Positions 9,472 through 18,476 are shown, counted from the stretch's first letter. The stretch is 64,000 nucleotides of DNA from an uncultured Candidatus Actinomarina sp. (GCA_902634185.1 CACPJC010000004.1:1-64000); one strand, 5' to 3'. Notes: generated by a model from the sequence alone, not told the origin. Made by a program: numbers and translations.

Positions 9472-9579
9472 ATTATTCAAAACAATGTCATTGATTATTA
9501 TAAAGATTATTAATCCACAAATTATTGCAATGAACGTTGGCACATTATAAAAAACCTTTTTTATTTACCTTAGAACTAT

Positions 9580-9612
9580 TTTTACTTATTGTTTAACTCT
9601 TTGATTTACATT
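9580..9612 (+). promoter_or_regulatory. PHO-box-like repeat pair plus -10 element upstream of the small Zn-ribbon ORF
   Basis: TTTTAC (9580), GTTTAA (9591), then 10 nt, then TACATT (9607). Confidence 0.45.
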
Positions 9613-9628
9613 TACATTGGGTGGTGAT

Positions 9629-9787
9629 ATGAATATAGATACAAATATACAATGTCCAATATGCAATCATCAGTTTGCTAATTTATTGACTGTGAATGAC
9701 ACGGACATCATACTCTGTACAAGTTGTTTTAGTGACAACCGATTAATAAGTAAAAATAACAGGGTTGATCAACATATAGCTTTGTAG
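9629..9787 (+). CDS. Unannotated 52-aa zinc-ribbon microprotein
   Basis: MNIDTNIQCPICNHQFANLLTVNDTDIILCTSCFSDNRLISKNNRVDQHIAL; CxxC-x17-CxxC; GGTGGTGA immediately upstream. Confidence 0.65.
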   Translation: MNIDTNIQCPICNHQFANLLTVNDTDIILCTSCFSDNRLISKNNRVDQHIAL

Positions 9788-9835
9788 TTAGTCTCCCTTT
9801 TTACTACAATCGGTAAGGTCAACCCTGCTATTTTT
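9752..9835. ncRNA. Long imperfect hairpin with CU-rich loop (3'-UTR element or sRNA candidate)
   Basis: 9752-9770 pairs with 9817-9835; inner ttgtagt/actacaa stem; loop TAGTCTCCCTTTTT. Confidence 0.45.
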
Positions 9836-9923
9836 ATTTCACAATTATTTTAAAATGACATTTCATATGTCGTAGATAATACCTCTAAAACCAACGACGA
9901 TTTCAACTGTTAAAATTATCTAT

Positions 9924-10349
9924 ATGGAAGAGATTAAACCAGATAATAAAGACTTCAGAATAGCTGAATTACATGTTGAAGGCTTATCTAACCCACAGAT
10001 TGCTGATGCATTAGGTATTAATAGGTCTACTGTTTATAGAAGATTGCAAACCCCACAATGTAAAGCTGTTGTAAATGAAATACGAAATATTTACCATAAT
10101 TCTTTAATTGCAAGATTACATAATCTAGCTGCAAAAGTTATCACCGCTTATGAAAAAAAAGTTTTAGATGGAGATGTAACTGCTGGAGAGTTAAATGGAT
10201 TTTTACGAGTATTATCAAACTTATTTATAAAAGATCCTACTCTGTATGAATTTGAGAATCCAAAGATTGTAAGTTATGTACAATTCCAAAGAGACCTCGA
10301 TGTTACACCTGTTGAGAGATTCAAGAATGGTCAGAAAGGACATATTTAG
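9924..10349 (+). CDS. Helix-turn-helix protein resembling phage phBC6A51/terminase-small-subunit-type HTH
   Basis: GLSNPQIADALGINRSTVYRRL followed by a helical region ending GDVTA. Confidence 0.55.
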   Translation: MEEIKPDNKDFRIAELHVEGLSNPQIADALGINRSTVYRRLQTPQCKAVVNEIRNIYHNSLIARLHNLAAKVITAYEKKVLDGDVTAGELNGFLRVLSNLFIKDPTLYEFENPKIVSYVQFQRDLDVTPVERFKNGQKGHI

Positions 10350-10351
10350 GT

Positions 10352-11386
10352 ATGGAAATCGGAATAGATTCGTTTGCCAAAAAAACCCAAACTAATGACG
10401 GTGGGACAGTGGATGATGATGCAAAAGCAATGTCTGAATTAATTGAAAGAATTGTACATGCAGATAAAGTGGGACTTGATGTTTTTGGACTTGGAGAGCA
10501 TCACAGAGAAGAATTCCTTGATTCAGCAGCTCATAATATACTTTCAGCAGCTGCGGCAAAAACAGACAATATAAAACTTACAAGTGCAGTGGCAGTTATC
10601 AGTGCTACAGATCCTGTCAGACTTTTTCAAAATTATGCAACCTTAGATCTTATTTCAAATGGAAGGGCCGGCATTGTCGCTGGTAGAGGTTCTTTTACCG
10701 AAGCTTTTCCTTTGTTTGGTTTAGATTTCGGAGATTATGATGATTTATATGCTGAGAAGCTTGATCTTTTACTAAAAATTAGAGATGAAGAACATGTTAC
10801 TTGGTCTGGTAAATTTAGACCTCCTTTAGTTAACCAAATTGTATATCCAAGACCTGTACAGGATAAATTACCGATATGGGTTGGAGTTGGAGGAACACCT
10901 GCTTCTTTTGTTCGAGCAGGAACTCTTGGTTTACCATTAATGATTGCTGTTATTGGTGGTGAAACACATAGGTTTAGACCACTAGTTGATCTTTATTACG
11001 AGGCTGCCGAAAAAGCGGGTCATGATAAATCAACTTTAAAGGTTGGATTACATTCTTTAGGTTTTGTTGCTAATTCTAAAGAGGAGGCTATTGAGAAATA
11101 TTACCCTGGTTACAGAATCTGGTTCAATCAAATTGGTAAAGAACGAGGATGGCCACCTGTCACAATGGAGAGATTTGAAGAACAAATAGGTGATCTGGGT
11201 GCATATGTAATTGGAGGCCCCGAAGAAGTTGCAGATAAGTTAGTAAGACATAGTGAAGCTTTAGGGGGATTATCACGTTTTACATTTCAGATAGACAATG
11301 CAGGTTTAAGTCACGATGATTTATTACAAACATTTACGCTTATTGGAGAAGTGGTAAAACCACTTGTTAATGAACGGCTTCAATAA
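10352..11386 (+). CDS. Luciferase-like (LLM) flavin-dependent oxidoreductase, Atu2307/SP_0267-type
   Basis: GEHHREEFLDSA, DPVRLFQNYATLD, GRGSFTEAFPLFG, VGGTPASF. Confidence 0.88.
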   Translation: MEIGIDSFAKKTQTNDGGTVDDDAKAMSELIERIVHADKVGLDVFGLGEHHREEFLDSAAHNILSAAAAKTDNIKLTSAVAVISATDPVRLFQNYATLDLISNGRAGIVAGRGSFTEAFPLFGLDFGDYDDLYAEKLDLLLKIRDEEHVTWSGKFRPPLVNQIVYPRPVQDKLPIWVGVGGTPASFVRAGTLGLPLMIAVIGGETHRFRPLVDLYYEAAEKAGHDKSTLKVGLHSLGFVANSKEEAIEKYYPGYRIWFNQIGKERGWPPVTMERFEEQIGDLGAYVIGGPEEVADKLVRHSEALGGLSRFTFQIDNAGLSHDDLLQTFTLIGEVVKPLVNERLQ

Positions 11387-11439
11387 GTAAATTTAGATTA
11401 TTCAATTGGATTTAATTATTAATTGTGTAATATTTAATT

Positions 11440-11492
11440 AGGTAATAAGCCTGTTACCTCAAAAAAGAGTTCAGGAAACTGGACTCTTTTTT
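11440..11492 (+). ncRNA. Candidate ~53-nt sRNA (5' hairpin plus terminator)
   Basis: TAATAT (11428) 6 nt before hairpin aggtaata/tgttacct, then terminator; lies between convergent genes. Confidence 0.4.
11461..11492. terminator. Bidirectional intrinsic terminator
   Basis: aaaaaagagttcag-GAAA-ctggactctttttt between convergent genes. Confidence 0.85.
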
Positions 11493-11511
11493 ACGTATTG
11501 AGATTATATTT

Positions 11512-11886
11512 TTAGCTAAGCCCACCTTTATATCGTTTAGATATCGGATTCATGGGTGCAAGATTTTCCATTAACTCATCTGATACATCACCAAGAACTG
11601 TCATTTTTTCAATATTTGCAATCTCTCGAAATTTTAAATTAACAGGTGTTCCCATTACTTTTCCAGCTAACCCTTGAAAATTTTCTGATTTCTCAAAAAC
11701 CTCAACCAAAGTTCCTGTGTTGGAATCTTCATCAAGAAACCATTCAAACTTAATCAAACCTTCAGGATCGACACTATCAATAAACTGGCATTGTTCATTT
11801 AATATGAAATCCATAAACATTTCTCTGTCATCGAATGACACATCAATAATTACTGTTATGTTTCCACTGTTATTATGTAATTGCAT
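11512..11886 (-). CDS. Hypothetical protein, ABM/dimeric alpha+beta barrel-like
   Basis: DPEGLIKFEWFLD..TLVEVF pattern; AGGAG RBS. Confidence 0.55.
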   Translation of the reverse strand: MQLHNNSGNITVIIDVSFDDREMFMDFILNEQCQFIDSVDPEGLIKFEWFLDEDSNTGTLVEVFEKSENFQGLAGKVMGTPVNLKFREIANIEKMTVLGDVSDELMENLAPMNPISKRYKGGLS

Positions 11887-11902
11887 TTTTCTCCTTTTTT
11901 AT

Positions 11903-13432
11903 CTATTCAATTATAGAACTTGCTGTATCAACCCTAATGTCGTGTGAAGCTTTCCAACTTTCTGGAGTATTAACAATTGCTGATATAGGTCCATAGCTAT
12001 TTTGTAAATCGTTAAGTTGATTTACTTTATGACCTTTCTTAATTAATTCATTAATAATTTTTTCATCTATCCCAGGTTCAATATTTATTTCAGATACTGA
12101 TTCTTTTCCGAATTCATCAATATTCCATCTAGGAGACGTCATTGCATTCTCTAATTTTTCATTCTTAAGTATTTTTAAAATAAAATGGCTTAATAGTTGT
12201 GGTTGATACCTTCCACCTCTTGTACCTATGACCATATCGAGATTTCCATCTATACTCCACATAGTTGGAGATAATGTATGAAGTGGTTTTCTTCCCGGCT
12301 TTAAAGAGTTTGGATGATTATGAATCAGATTAAATCCTGCCCCTCTATTGTGTAAAAAGAATCCTAAATCATCAACACCAATAGTGCTACCAATACCATG
12401 AAAATTAGATTGAATTAGTGAAACTGCATTCCCATCATTATCTTTAGTGCACATGTATGCCGTTCCACCACCTAGTTCTTTTGGTTGACCAAATACTGAG
12501 GTTGTATCTTTATTAATCAGATTTGAAAGAGTTTTAAGATATCCAAGATTAAGTCCATTAAATTGGTCTATGTTTTCACCATAATCATACGTCAGCTCAT
12601 CTCGCTCAGATGCAATTGCTCTATATGATTCAACAAGTGTATGAAAGTCAATATTATCTGAACCATCATCTAGGAGCTCATAAATTTTTAATGTTCCAAG
12701 TGTTAGATAACTTTGTGTATGAGGAGGAGTAACCCAGCCTGTTTTGCCGTACACATCTATTGATAAAGGTTTAATCCACTTTGATTCAAAAGATCTCAAA
12801 TCGTCTTCAGTAATTACATGATTAAGCGTTTCTGAAATTTTCTTTGCAACTGATCCTGTATAAAAATATTCAGGACCATCGATACTTAAACGTTTTAAAG
12901 TTTTACCAAGTAAGCTTCTTTTAATAATTGCTCCAATTTCTGGTGACTCACCATCATCAAATAATTCGGAACCCGATTCCTGTTTATTTAATGTTTCTTT
13001 ATGAATTAAAAGAGAATGATGTAGTTCAGTTGAAACTTTGAAACCTTCATCACATATCTTAATTGCATGACTAAAAATATCATCAATACTTAATTTCCCA
13101 AATCGATCATGCATACTAAACCAGCCTTTAACAGCTCCTGGAACAGTTACCGACATGGGGTGATCTAAAGGAATACTTTCTTGTGTAGATAATTGTGAAA
13201 TATCTACATTTGAACCAGCATATCCTGAAGAATCTAAACAATAAGGAGTGCTCTCACCATTAATCCATATTAGTGAAAATAAATCACCACCTATTCCACA
13301 AGTCTCTGGGGCTACGACTCCTTGCACAATATTGGTGCCGATTGCTGCATCAATAGCATTCCCACCATTCTGAAGAATTTCTATTCCAGCATTAGTTGAA
13401 AGATAATGTGGAGAAACTACGATATTAGACAT
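11903..13432 (-). CDS. ggt: Gamma-glutamyltransferase family protein (YwrD-like)
   Basis: GGNAIDAAI, CGIGGD, VTVPG, GTAY (nucleophile Thr), HNRG, PGRKPLHTLSP. Confidence 0.88.
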   Translation of the reverse strand: MSNIVVSPHYLSTNAGIEILQNGGNAIDAAIGTNIVQGVVAPETCGIGGDLFSLIWINGESTPYCLDSSGYAGSNVDISQLSTQESIPLDHPMSVTVPGAVKGWFSMHDRFGKLSIDDIFSHAIKICDEGFKVSTELHHSLLIHKETLNKQESGSELFDDGESPEIGAIIKRSLLGKTLKRLSIDGPEYFYTGSVAKKISETLNHVITEDDLRSFESKWIKPLSIDVYGKTGWVTPPHTQSYLTLGTLKIYELLDDGSDNIDFHTLVESYRAIASERDELTYDYGENIDQFNGLNLGYLKTLSNLINKDTTSVFGQPKELGGGTAYMCTKDNDGNAVSLIQSNFHGIGSTIGVDDLGFFLHNRGAGFNLIHNHPNSLKPGRKPLHTLSPTMWSIDGNLDMVIGTRGGRYQPQLLSHFILKILKNEKLENAMTSPRWNIDEFGKESVSEINIEPGIDEKIINELIKKGHKVNQLNDLQNSYGPISAIVNTPESWKASHDIRVDTASSIIE

Positions 13433-13569
13433 TAGTTAAAGTGTCTATAAAATGCTAAGACAATAAATGATCCCCATATTATTTTCTCAAATCGTTTTGA
13501 AATCCAAAGTCTTCCATATGATTTGTGAAAACCAAATAATAGAAAAAATCTTTTTATTATTGTGCTCAT
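13432..13569 (-). CDS. Unannotated 45-aa basic/hydrophobic small protein
   Basis: MSTIIKRFFLLFGFHKSYGRLWISKRFEKIIWGSFIVLAFYRHFN; ATGA overlap with the panB-like stop and TAATG overlap with the ggt start. Confidence 0.65.
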   Translation of the reverse strand: MSTIIKRFFLLFGFHKSYGRLWISKRFEKIIWGSFIVLAFYRHFN

Positions 13570-14396
13570 TCTTTATTTAGCTCATTAATTAACTTATCTA
13601 ATTCACCATCATCCATAGATATAGTGTGTTCAGAATTTGGATAGTTACTATTCTGTACATCAGTTTTAAATGCATTGATTGCTTTACTTCTTTCTTGATT
13701 TAATTTATCTAAAATTTTATTACCATCACCCCATGATTTTGCGTGTCTAGGCATTTTTATATTTTTTGTTTCACCAACAATATCTTCAAAGAATAAAAAT
13801 ATAACATCACCACCAGAACCTGCTCCGAGTGAATTTAATACAAGATCTGTGTGTTTACTAATTTCAATCAAAGCATCTTCTGCAACACATTCAACTTCAG
13901 CTCCAAATGCTCCCGCATTTTCAAGATCTTTTAAATCTTTTAGTATTCCAATTGCTTCATCTACTGTTTTCCCGACTGTTCTTATCCCACCAAATTTTGT
14001 AGCATTTGATGGAACCATACCTACATGACCTTGTACATGCATACCTTCATTTGCTAACATTTCAACTATTTCTGGACTACGTGGTGTTAATACTGAATCT
14101 GCACCTTTCATTGCTACTTCAATTGCACCTTTTAATATATCATCCTTTGTTATAAATCTTCCTGCAAATAAAGCTGCTGTAATAAATGTATTTGGAGCAC
14201 CACTTCTAACATCCTCATATGAATCACTTCCAGTGATAATCATGTCAATATTCTGGTCAGAAAGGATTTCCGCTTCTTCTTTATTTTGTGCAGTCACCTG
14301 TGTCATTTTTACACCATTTTTTTTATTTTCTATGATGTCCGCAATAGTTATATTTCTTTGGACTTGTTCATGACCATAGGTGTAAATTCTTTTCAT
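13566..14396 (-). CDS. Divergent ketopantoate hydroxymethyltransferase (PanB)-like protein
   Basis: GHVGMVP, GGIRTVGKT, LENAGAF..VECV, LGAG, PRHAK; canonical VGDSLG and DMPF motifs not seen. Confidence 0.7.
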   Translation of the reverse strand: MKRIYTYGHEQVQRNITIADIIENKKNGVKMTQVTAQNKEEAEILSDQNIDMIITGSDSYEDVRSGAPNTFITAALFAGRFITKDDILKGAIEVAMKGADSVLTPRSPEIVEMLANEGMHVQGHVGMVPSNATKFGGIRTVGKTVDEAIGILKDLKDLENAGAFGAEVECVAEDALIEISKHTDLVLNSLGAGSGGDVIFLFFEDIVGETKNIKMPRHAKSWGDGNKILDKLNQERSKAINAFKTDVQNSNYPNSEHTISMDDGELDKLINELNKE

Positions 14397-14467
14397 AGCT
14401 TCATTGTAGATTCATGCTATCTTCTGGTTCAAATTTTAAACGTAATTCATAGTGATAACATATGTGT

Positions 14468-15415
14468 ATGAAGATTTACTTACAGGCAAGAGGTAGCTAT
14501 CAAACATTACTTGATTTATCAACATGGTGCGAAAGTAATAACATAGAACGTATCGGATTGCCAGATCATTACATCGTGGGTAAGCAACGAAAAGATAAAG
14601 ATGAACCAGCACCAGCATTAGATTTATTAACCGCAATAGCTGGCTTAGTACGCGATACAGAAACAATGATATATTCGGTTTTAGTGTCTCCGATTACCTT
14701 TAGACACCCAAGTGTTCTTCTTAAAATGGCTACGACTATTAATGAGATGGCAAAAAATAGATTTAGATTAGGTGTTGGTACTGGTTGGTTAGAAATTGAA
14801 CATGAAGTATTTGGTATCAATTTTCCCGATCTTAAAACTAGGTTTGAAATGTTAGGCGAGGCACTTGAGTATTTATCTCAAGGCATGTTTGGAGAAAATA
14901 ATGGATTTTACGGTAAATATTATCAACTTGATAGTGTTCCAATACTTCCAAGTGCTAAAGGTGAAGTCCCAATAATCATTGGTGGTGGTGGAAAGAAGAA
15001 GACCCCAACTCTTGCTGGTAAATATGCGGATGAATTTAATATTTACGCAGGACCTGAAGATGTATTAAAAAACAGTATTTCTCTTTTCTATGATGTGGCT
15101 AGTCAGAATAATAGGGATGTAGATAAACTTGAAGTCTCGACTGCCTGCCCACCTGTTGTCGGATTTACAAAAGATGATGTTGATCAATCTTTAGTCGATG
15201 CAGCAAAATCTCTTATCCAACCTAAAGATGAAATTGCTAAAAATTGGAAAGATAGAAGTTATCTTTACGGAACTCCGGAAGAAATAGCTGAAACAATTGG
15301 TATGTGGAAGGATGCTGGTATTCAATCTGTATATCTACAGTTGCTTGATTTAGATAAAAATAAAAGAGAGAACGATATAGAAGTTATTAGAAAAGCTGTA
15401 GAACTAGCTCGTTAA
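14468..15415 (+). CDS. LLM-class (probably F420-dependent) oxidoreductase
   Basis: PDHY, LVSPITFRHP, GVGTGWLEIEH, IIGGGG, ADEFN. Confidence 0.82.
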   Translation: MKIYLQARGSYQTLLDLSTWCESNNIERIGLPDHYIVGKQRKDKDEPAPALDLLTAIAGLVRDTETMIYSVLVSPITFRHPSVLLKMATTINEMAKNRFRLGVGTGWLEIEHEVFGINFPDLKTRFEMLGEALEYLSQGMFGENNGFYGKYYQLDSVPILPSAKGEVPIIIGGGGKKKTPTLAGKYADEFNIYAGPEDVLKNSISLFYDVASQNNRDVDKLEVSTACPPVVGFTKDDVDQSLVDAAKSLIQPKDEIAKNWKDRSYLYGTPEEIAETIGMWKDAGIQSVYLQLLDLDKNKRENDIEVIRKAVELAR

Positions 15416-16150
15416 GATTCTAAGAGATAACAATATTGAGACAACAACAAGTATTGGTCTAATTAATTTATCACCAACTTTTATTGCAGATTTTGAACCT
15501 AAATAAGCACCACTTATTCCACCTACGGCCATAATTAAACCAAGCTCCCAAATCACGTAGCCTTGAACTGCAAAGATGATAAATGCTGCAAAGTTAGATG
15601 CAAAGTTTAATAATTTAGATGTCGCTGTTGATTCAAGTAAAGTTTGATTTTTAAACACTAGAAATAACATAACAAAAAAAGAGCCAGTTCCCGGACCAAA
15701 AAAACCATCATAAAAACCAATAAGAAAAATTAATGGTGTTAATAAAACTATATAATTACTTAAGTCTGTTTTGACCTGTCTATTAAGGACAAAAAATATA
15801 GCAACTGATATTAAGAGGATTGGAATCAATGTTCTTAGTATGTCATCCGAAAGCCTGCTAACCATTAAAGTTCCAGCTGATGACCCAATAAAAGACAATA
15901 TAAAATATTTATTCTTATTTATATCTGTCAGATATCCATTAACGTAGTAATTTCTTGATGATGTAAAAGTACTAAACGAAGATTGGAATTTATTTGTACC
16001 CAACACGGTCAATGGATTTATTCCTACCAATAACATCGATGGAGTAGTTAATAATCCACCTCCGCCTGCAATTGAGTCTATGAATGAAGCAAGAATTGAA
16101 ACCCCAAAGAGAAATAAATATACCGTATTAGTGTCTTGAGTAATGTCCAT
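15404..16150 (-). CDS. TSUP (TauE/SafE, YfcA-like) transporter
   Basis: FIDSIAGGGGL, GTNKFQS, GFYDGFFGPGTGSF; ATG 16150 chosen as start. Confidence 0.88.
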   Translation of the reverse strand: MDITQDTNTVYLFLFGVSILASFIDSIAGGGGLLTTPSMLLVGINPLTVLGTNKFQSSFSTFTSSRNYYVNGYLTDINKNKYFILSFIGSSAGTLMVSRLSDDILRTLIPILLISVAIFFVLNRQVKTDLSNYIVLLTPLIFLIGFYDGFFGPGTGSFFVMLFLVFKNQTLLESTATSKLLNFASNFAAFIIFAVQGYVIWELGLIMAVGGISGAYLGSKSAIKVGDKLIRPILVVVSILLSLRILTS

Positions 16151-16206
16151 AAAAAAATTTTTGAAATCGTTCTTGTTTATTTGATAATACAACTAGATTT
16201 TTAATA

Positions 16207-16467
16207 ATGTTGACAATAGTTTCAGAAAGAATTGCTCAGGGATTCCTTTCAGGTATAGGTGTTGGCGCACTTTTCTATTTGTATCCTGTCATGAAACATA
16301 TATTTAATGATAAATATCGAAGAACATTTAAAATATCTGAATTTGGTGAAGAACTATTCAAAATTGAAACTATTAAATATCTAAGAAAAGGACTTATATA
16401 TGGATTCCTTTACGGTGCAATTGTAGGTACTGTAATTGGTCCATTTGGTGCTGTCTTAGGTATTTAG
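16207..16467 (+). CDS. Small hypothetical membrane protein
   Basis: Two Gly-rich hydrophobic segments; leaderless-type start. Confidence 0.6.
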   Translation: MLTIVSERIAQGFLSGIGVGALFYLYPVMKHIFNDKYRRTFKISEFGEELFKIETIKYLRKGLIYGFLYGAIVGTVIGPFGAVLGI

Positions 16468-16991
16468 TGAAATACAAACCCCCTAAGTACATTCTTTTTT
16501 ATGTTTATATCTTTTTTCTCTTGTACACATTTTTATTCATTAGGCCACAACAGTCAGAACGTGTTCAACTTGGAGTTTATGAGTTGGAAAAATACAATGA
16601 GACGAAAGTTAATTTAAATATTTATAATATTCGTGAATTAGAAATAGAAATTATTGATACCTATACAACTCCAGATGACAAGTTATGTAAATTTGAAGAA
16701 ATATATATATTTGGCTCTCTTCCTTCATTTAATAGGTTTGTTCGTTTAAGAATTCAAGATGTTGATGTGAGTAGTGGTTTAAAGGTCACAAACGAAATAG
16801 AAAGTGAAAATTACTCTCGAGTTGATTATCAAGATCCAATAAGTATCATTTCCAAGACCTTTGAGTGTATAAATGAATCTATATATATTGAGTTTGAAGA
16901 AAATATTGACATTGAATATTTGAGAATTATTCAAGACGATAGCGATACTTACAGAAGTGTTAAATTGGTAAATATAGACGCGTACTCATAA
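16467..16991 (+). CDS. Hypothetical protein with N-terminal membrane anchor
   Basis: 1-nt overlap with upstream stop; hydrophobic N-terminus. Confidence 0.55.
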   Translation: MKYKPPKYILFYVYIFFLLYTFLFIRPQQSERVQLGVYELEKYNETKVNLNIYNIRELEIEIIDTYTTPDDKLCKFEEIYIFGSLPSFNRFVRLRIQDVDVSSGLKVTNEIESENYSRVDYQDPISIISKTFECINESIYIEFEENIDIEYLRIIQDDSDTYRSVKLVNIDAYS

Positions 16992-17012
16992 CATTTTTTA
17001 TATTATTTAATT

Positions 17013-18476
17013 ATGGATTATTTTTTATCAATTGATCAAGGAACAACCAGTACACGGTGTATCTTGTTTGATCAAGATGGTGGCATAAAGGGAACTCATC
17101 AAGTTGAATTTAAACAGATCTTTCCAGATAATAAATCAGTTGAACACGATGCTAATGAAATATTAGAAACAGTAAAAACTTGCATTCAATATGTCATAAA
17201 AGATACAGAGTTAGAGAGTATTAAAAGTATTGGTATAACAAATCAACGAGAAACTACTGTTGCTTGGAGTAAATCTACTGGTAAACCCCTTTATAACGCT
17301 ATCGTTTGGCAAGATACACGAACACAGGATATCTGTGATGAATTAATTGCTGACGAGAGTCTTTCAAGTCTTTTTGAAAAAACTGGACTACCTATTGCTA
17401 CTTATTTTTCTTTATCTAAGATTTTATGGCTTATACGCAATGTTCCTAATATTAAAAATTCTTTAGAATCTGATGTTTGTTTTGGAACGATTGATAGTTG
17501 GTTGATTTATAATTTAACCGGAAATTTCTATACTGATGTAACAAACGCATCCAGAACTCTTCTATATGACTTATATGATATGGAATGGTGCAGTGATCTA
17601 CTAGAAAAATTAGATATACCTATCAACTCTTTACCACAGGTAAAACCATCTTTCTCAAACTTTGGAGAGATGAAGGAGATAATACCTGGTGTTCCTGTTA
17701 CTGCCATTTTAGGAGATCAACAAGCTGCATTATTTGGACAAAACTGTATTAACAAAGGTGATGTTAAAAATACATATGGTACGGGTTGTTTTGCACTCAC
17801 AAACACAGGAAAAGATATAGTTAAATCAAACAATGGATTGTTAACAACTATTGCTTACCAAAAAGAAGGAGAAGATCCAATGTTTGCTTTGGAAGGGTCA
17901 GTTCCAATTGCTGGTGCTGCAGTCCAATGGTTAAGAGATAATCTAAATATTATCGATAAAAGTGAAGATATTGAATCATTAGCGATGCTGGAGAAAGATA
18001 ACGGTGATGTATATTTTGTACCTGCTTTCTCTGGATTATTTTCTCCTCATTGGGACGAGACAGCAAGAGGTTCTTTATTTGGGTTAACAAGATTTTCAAA
18101 TAAGTCACATATGGCAAGAGCGGTACTTGAATCTGTTGCATTCCAAACATACGAGTTGCTTGCAAGTATGGAAAAAGATCTTGATACTGATTTTGAAAGT
18201 CTCAAAGTAGATGGGGGAATGGTTGCAAACAATCTATTAATGCAATTTCAATCAGACATATTGAATAAATCTATTCATTCACAGGAAATTAATGAAATAA
18301 CTGCTCTTGGAGTTGGAGTGGCAAGTTATCTTTATGTCATGGATTTGCCGCTTTCATCAATGGGAAATTATATTACCTCATCAAAGACTTGGAATCCCAA
18401 TATGAGTAATGAGACAAGAATTAACTCTCTTAAATCTTGGTATAAAGCCATAGAAAAAGCTAAAAATTGGTTATAA
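17013..18476 (+). CDS. glpK: Glycerol kinase
   Basis: IDQGTTSTR, TNQRET, WQDTRT, GDQQAALFGQ, KNTYGTGCF, VDGG. Confidence 0.95.
   Translation: MDYFLSIDQGTTSTRCILFDQDGGIKGTHQVEFKQIFPDNKSVEHDANEILETVKTCIQYVIKDTELESIKSIGITNQRETTVAWSKSTGKPLYNAIVWQDTRTQDICDELIADESLSSLFEKTGLPIATYFSLSKILWLIRNVPNIKNSLESDVCFGTIDSWLIYNLTGNFYTDVTNASRTLLYDLYDMEWCSDLLEKLDIPINSLPQVKPSFSNFGEMKEIIPGVPVTAILGDQQAALFGQNCINKGDVKNTYGTGCFALTNTGKDIVKSNNGLLTTIAYQKEGEDPMFALEGSVPIAGAAVQWLRDNLNIIDKSEDIESLAMLEKDNGDVYFVPAFSGLFSPHWDETARGSLFGLTRFSNKSHMARAVLESVAFQTYELLASMEKDLDTDFESLKVDGGMVANNLLMQFQSDILNKSIHSQEINEITALGVGVASYLYVMDLPLSSMGNYITSSKTWNPNMSNETRINSLKSWYKAIEKAKNWL

Noticed and set aside
9424-9543. 39-codon hydrophobic minus-strand ORF (VPTFIAIICGLIIFIII...), type I toxin-like
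   Set aside because: GTG start with a weak RBS, reads through a terminator hairpin, and Ile/Phe-rich frames arise easily in AT-rich DNA
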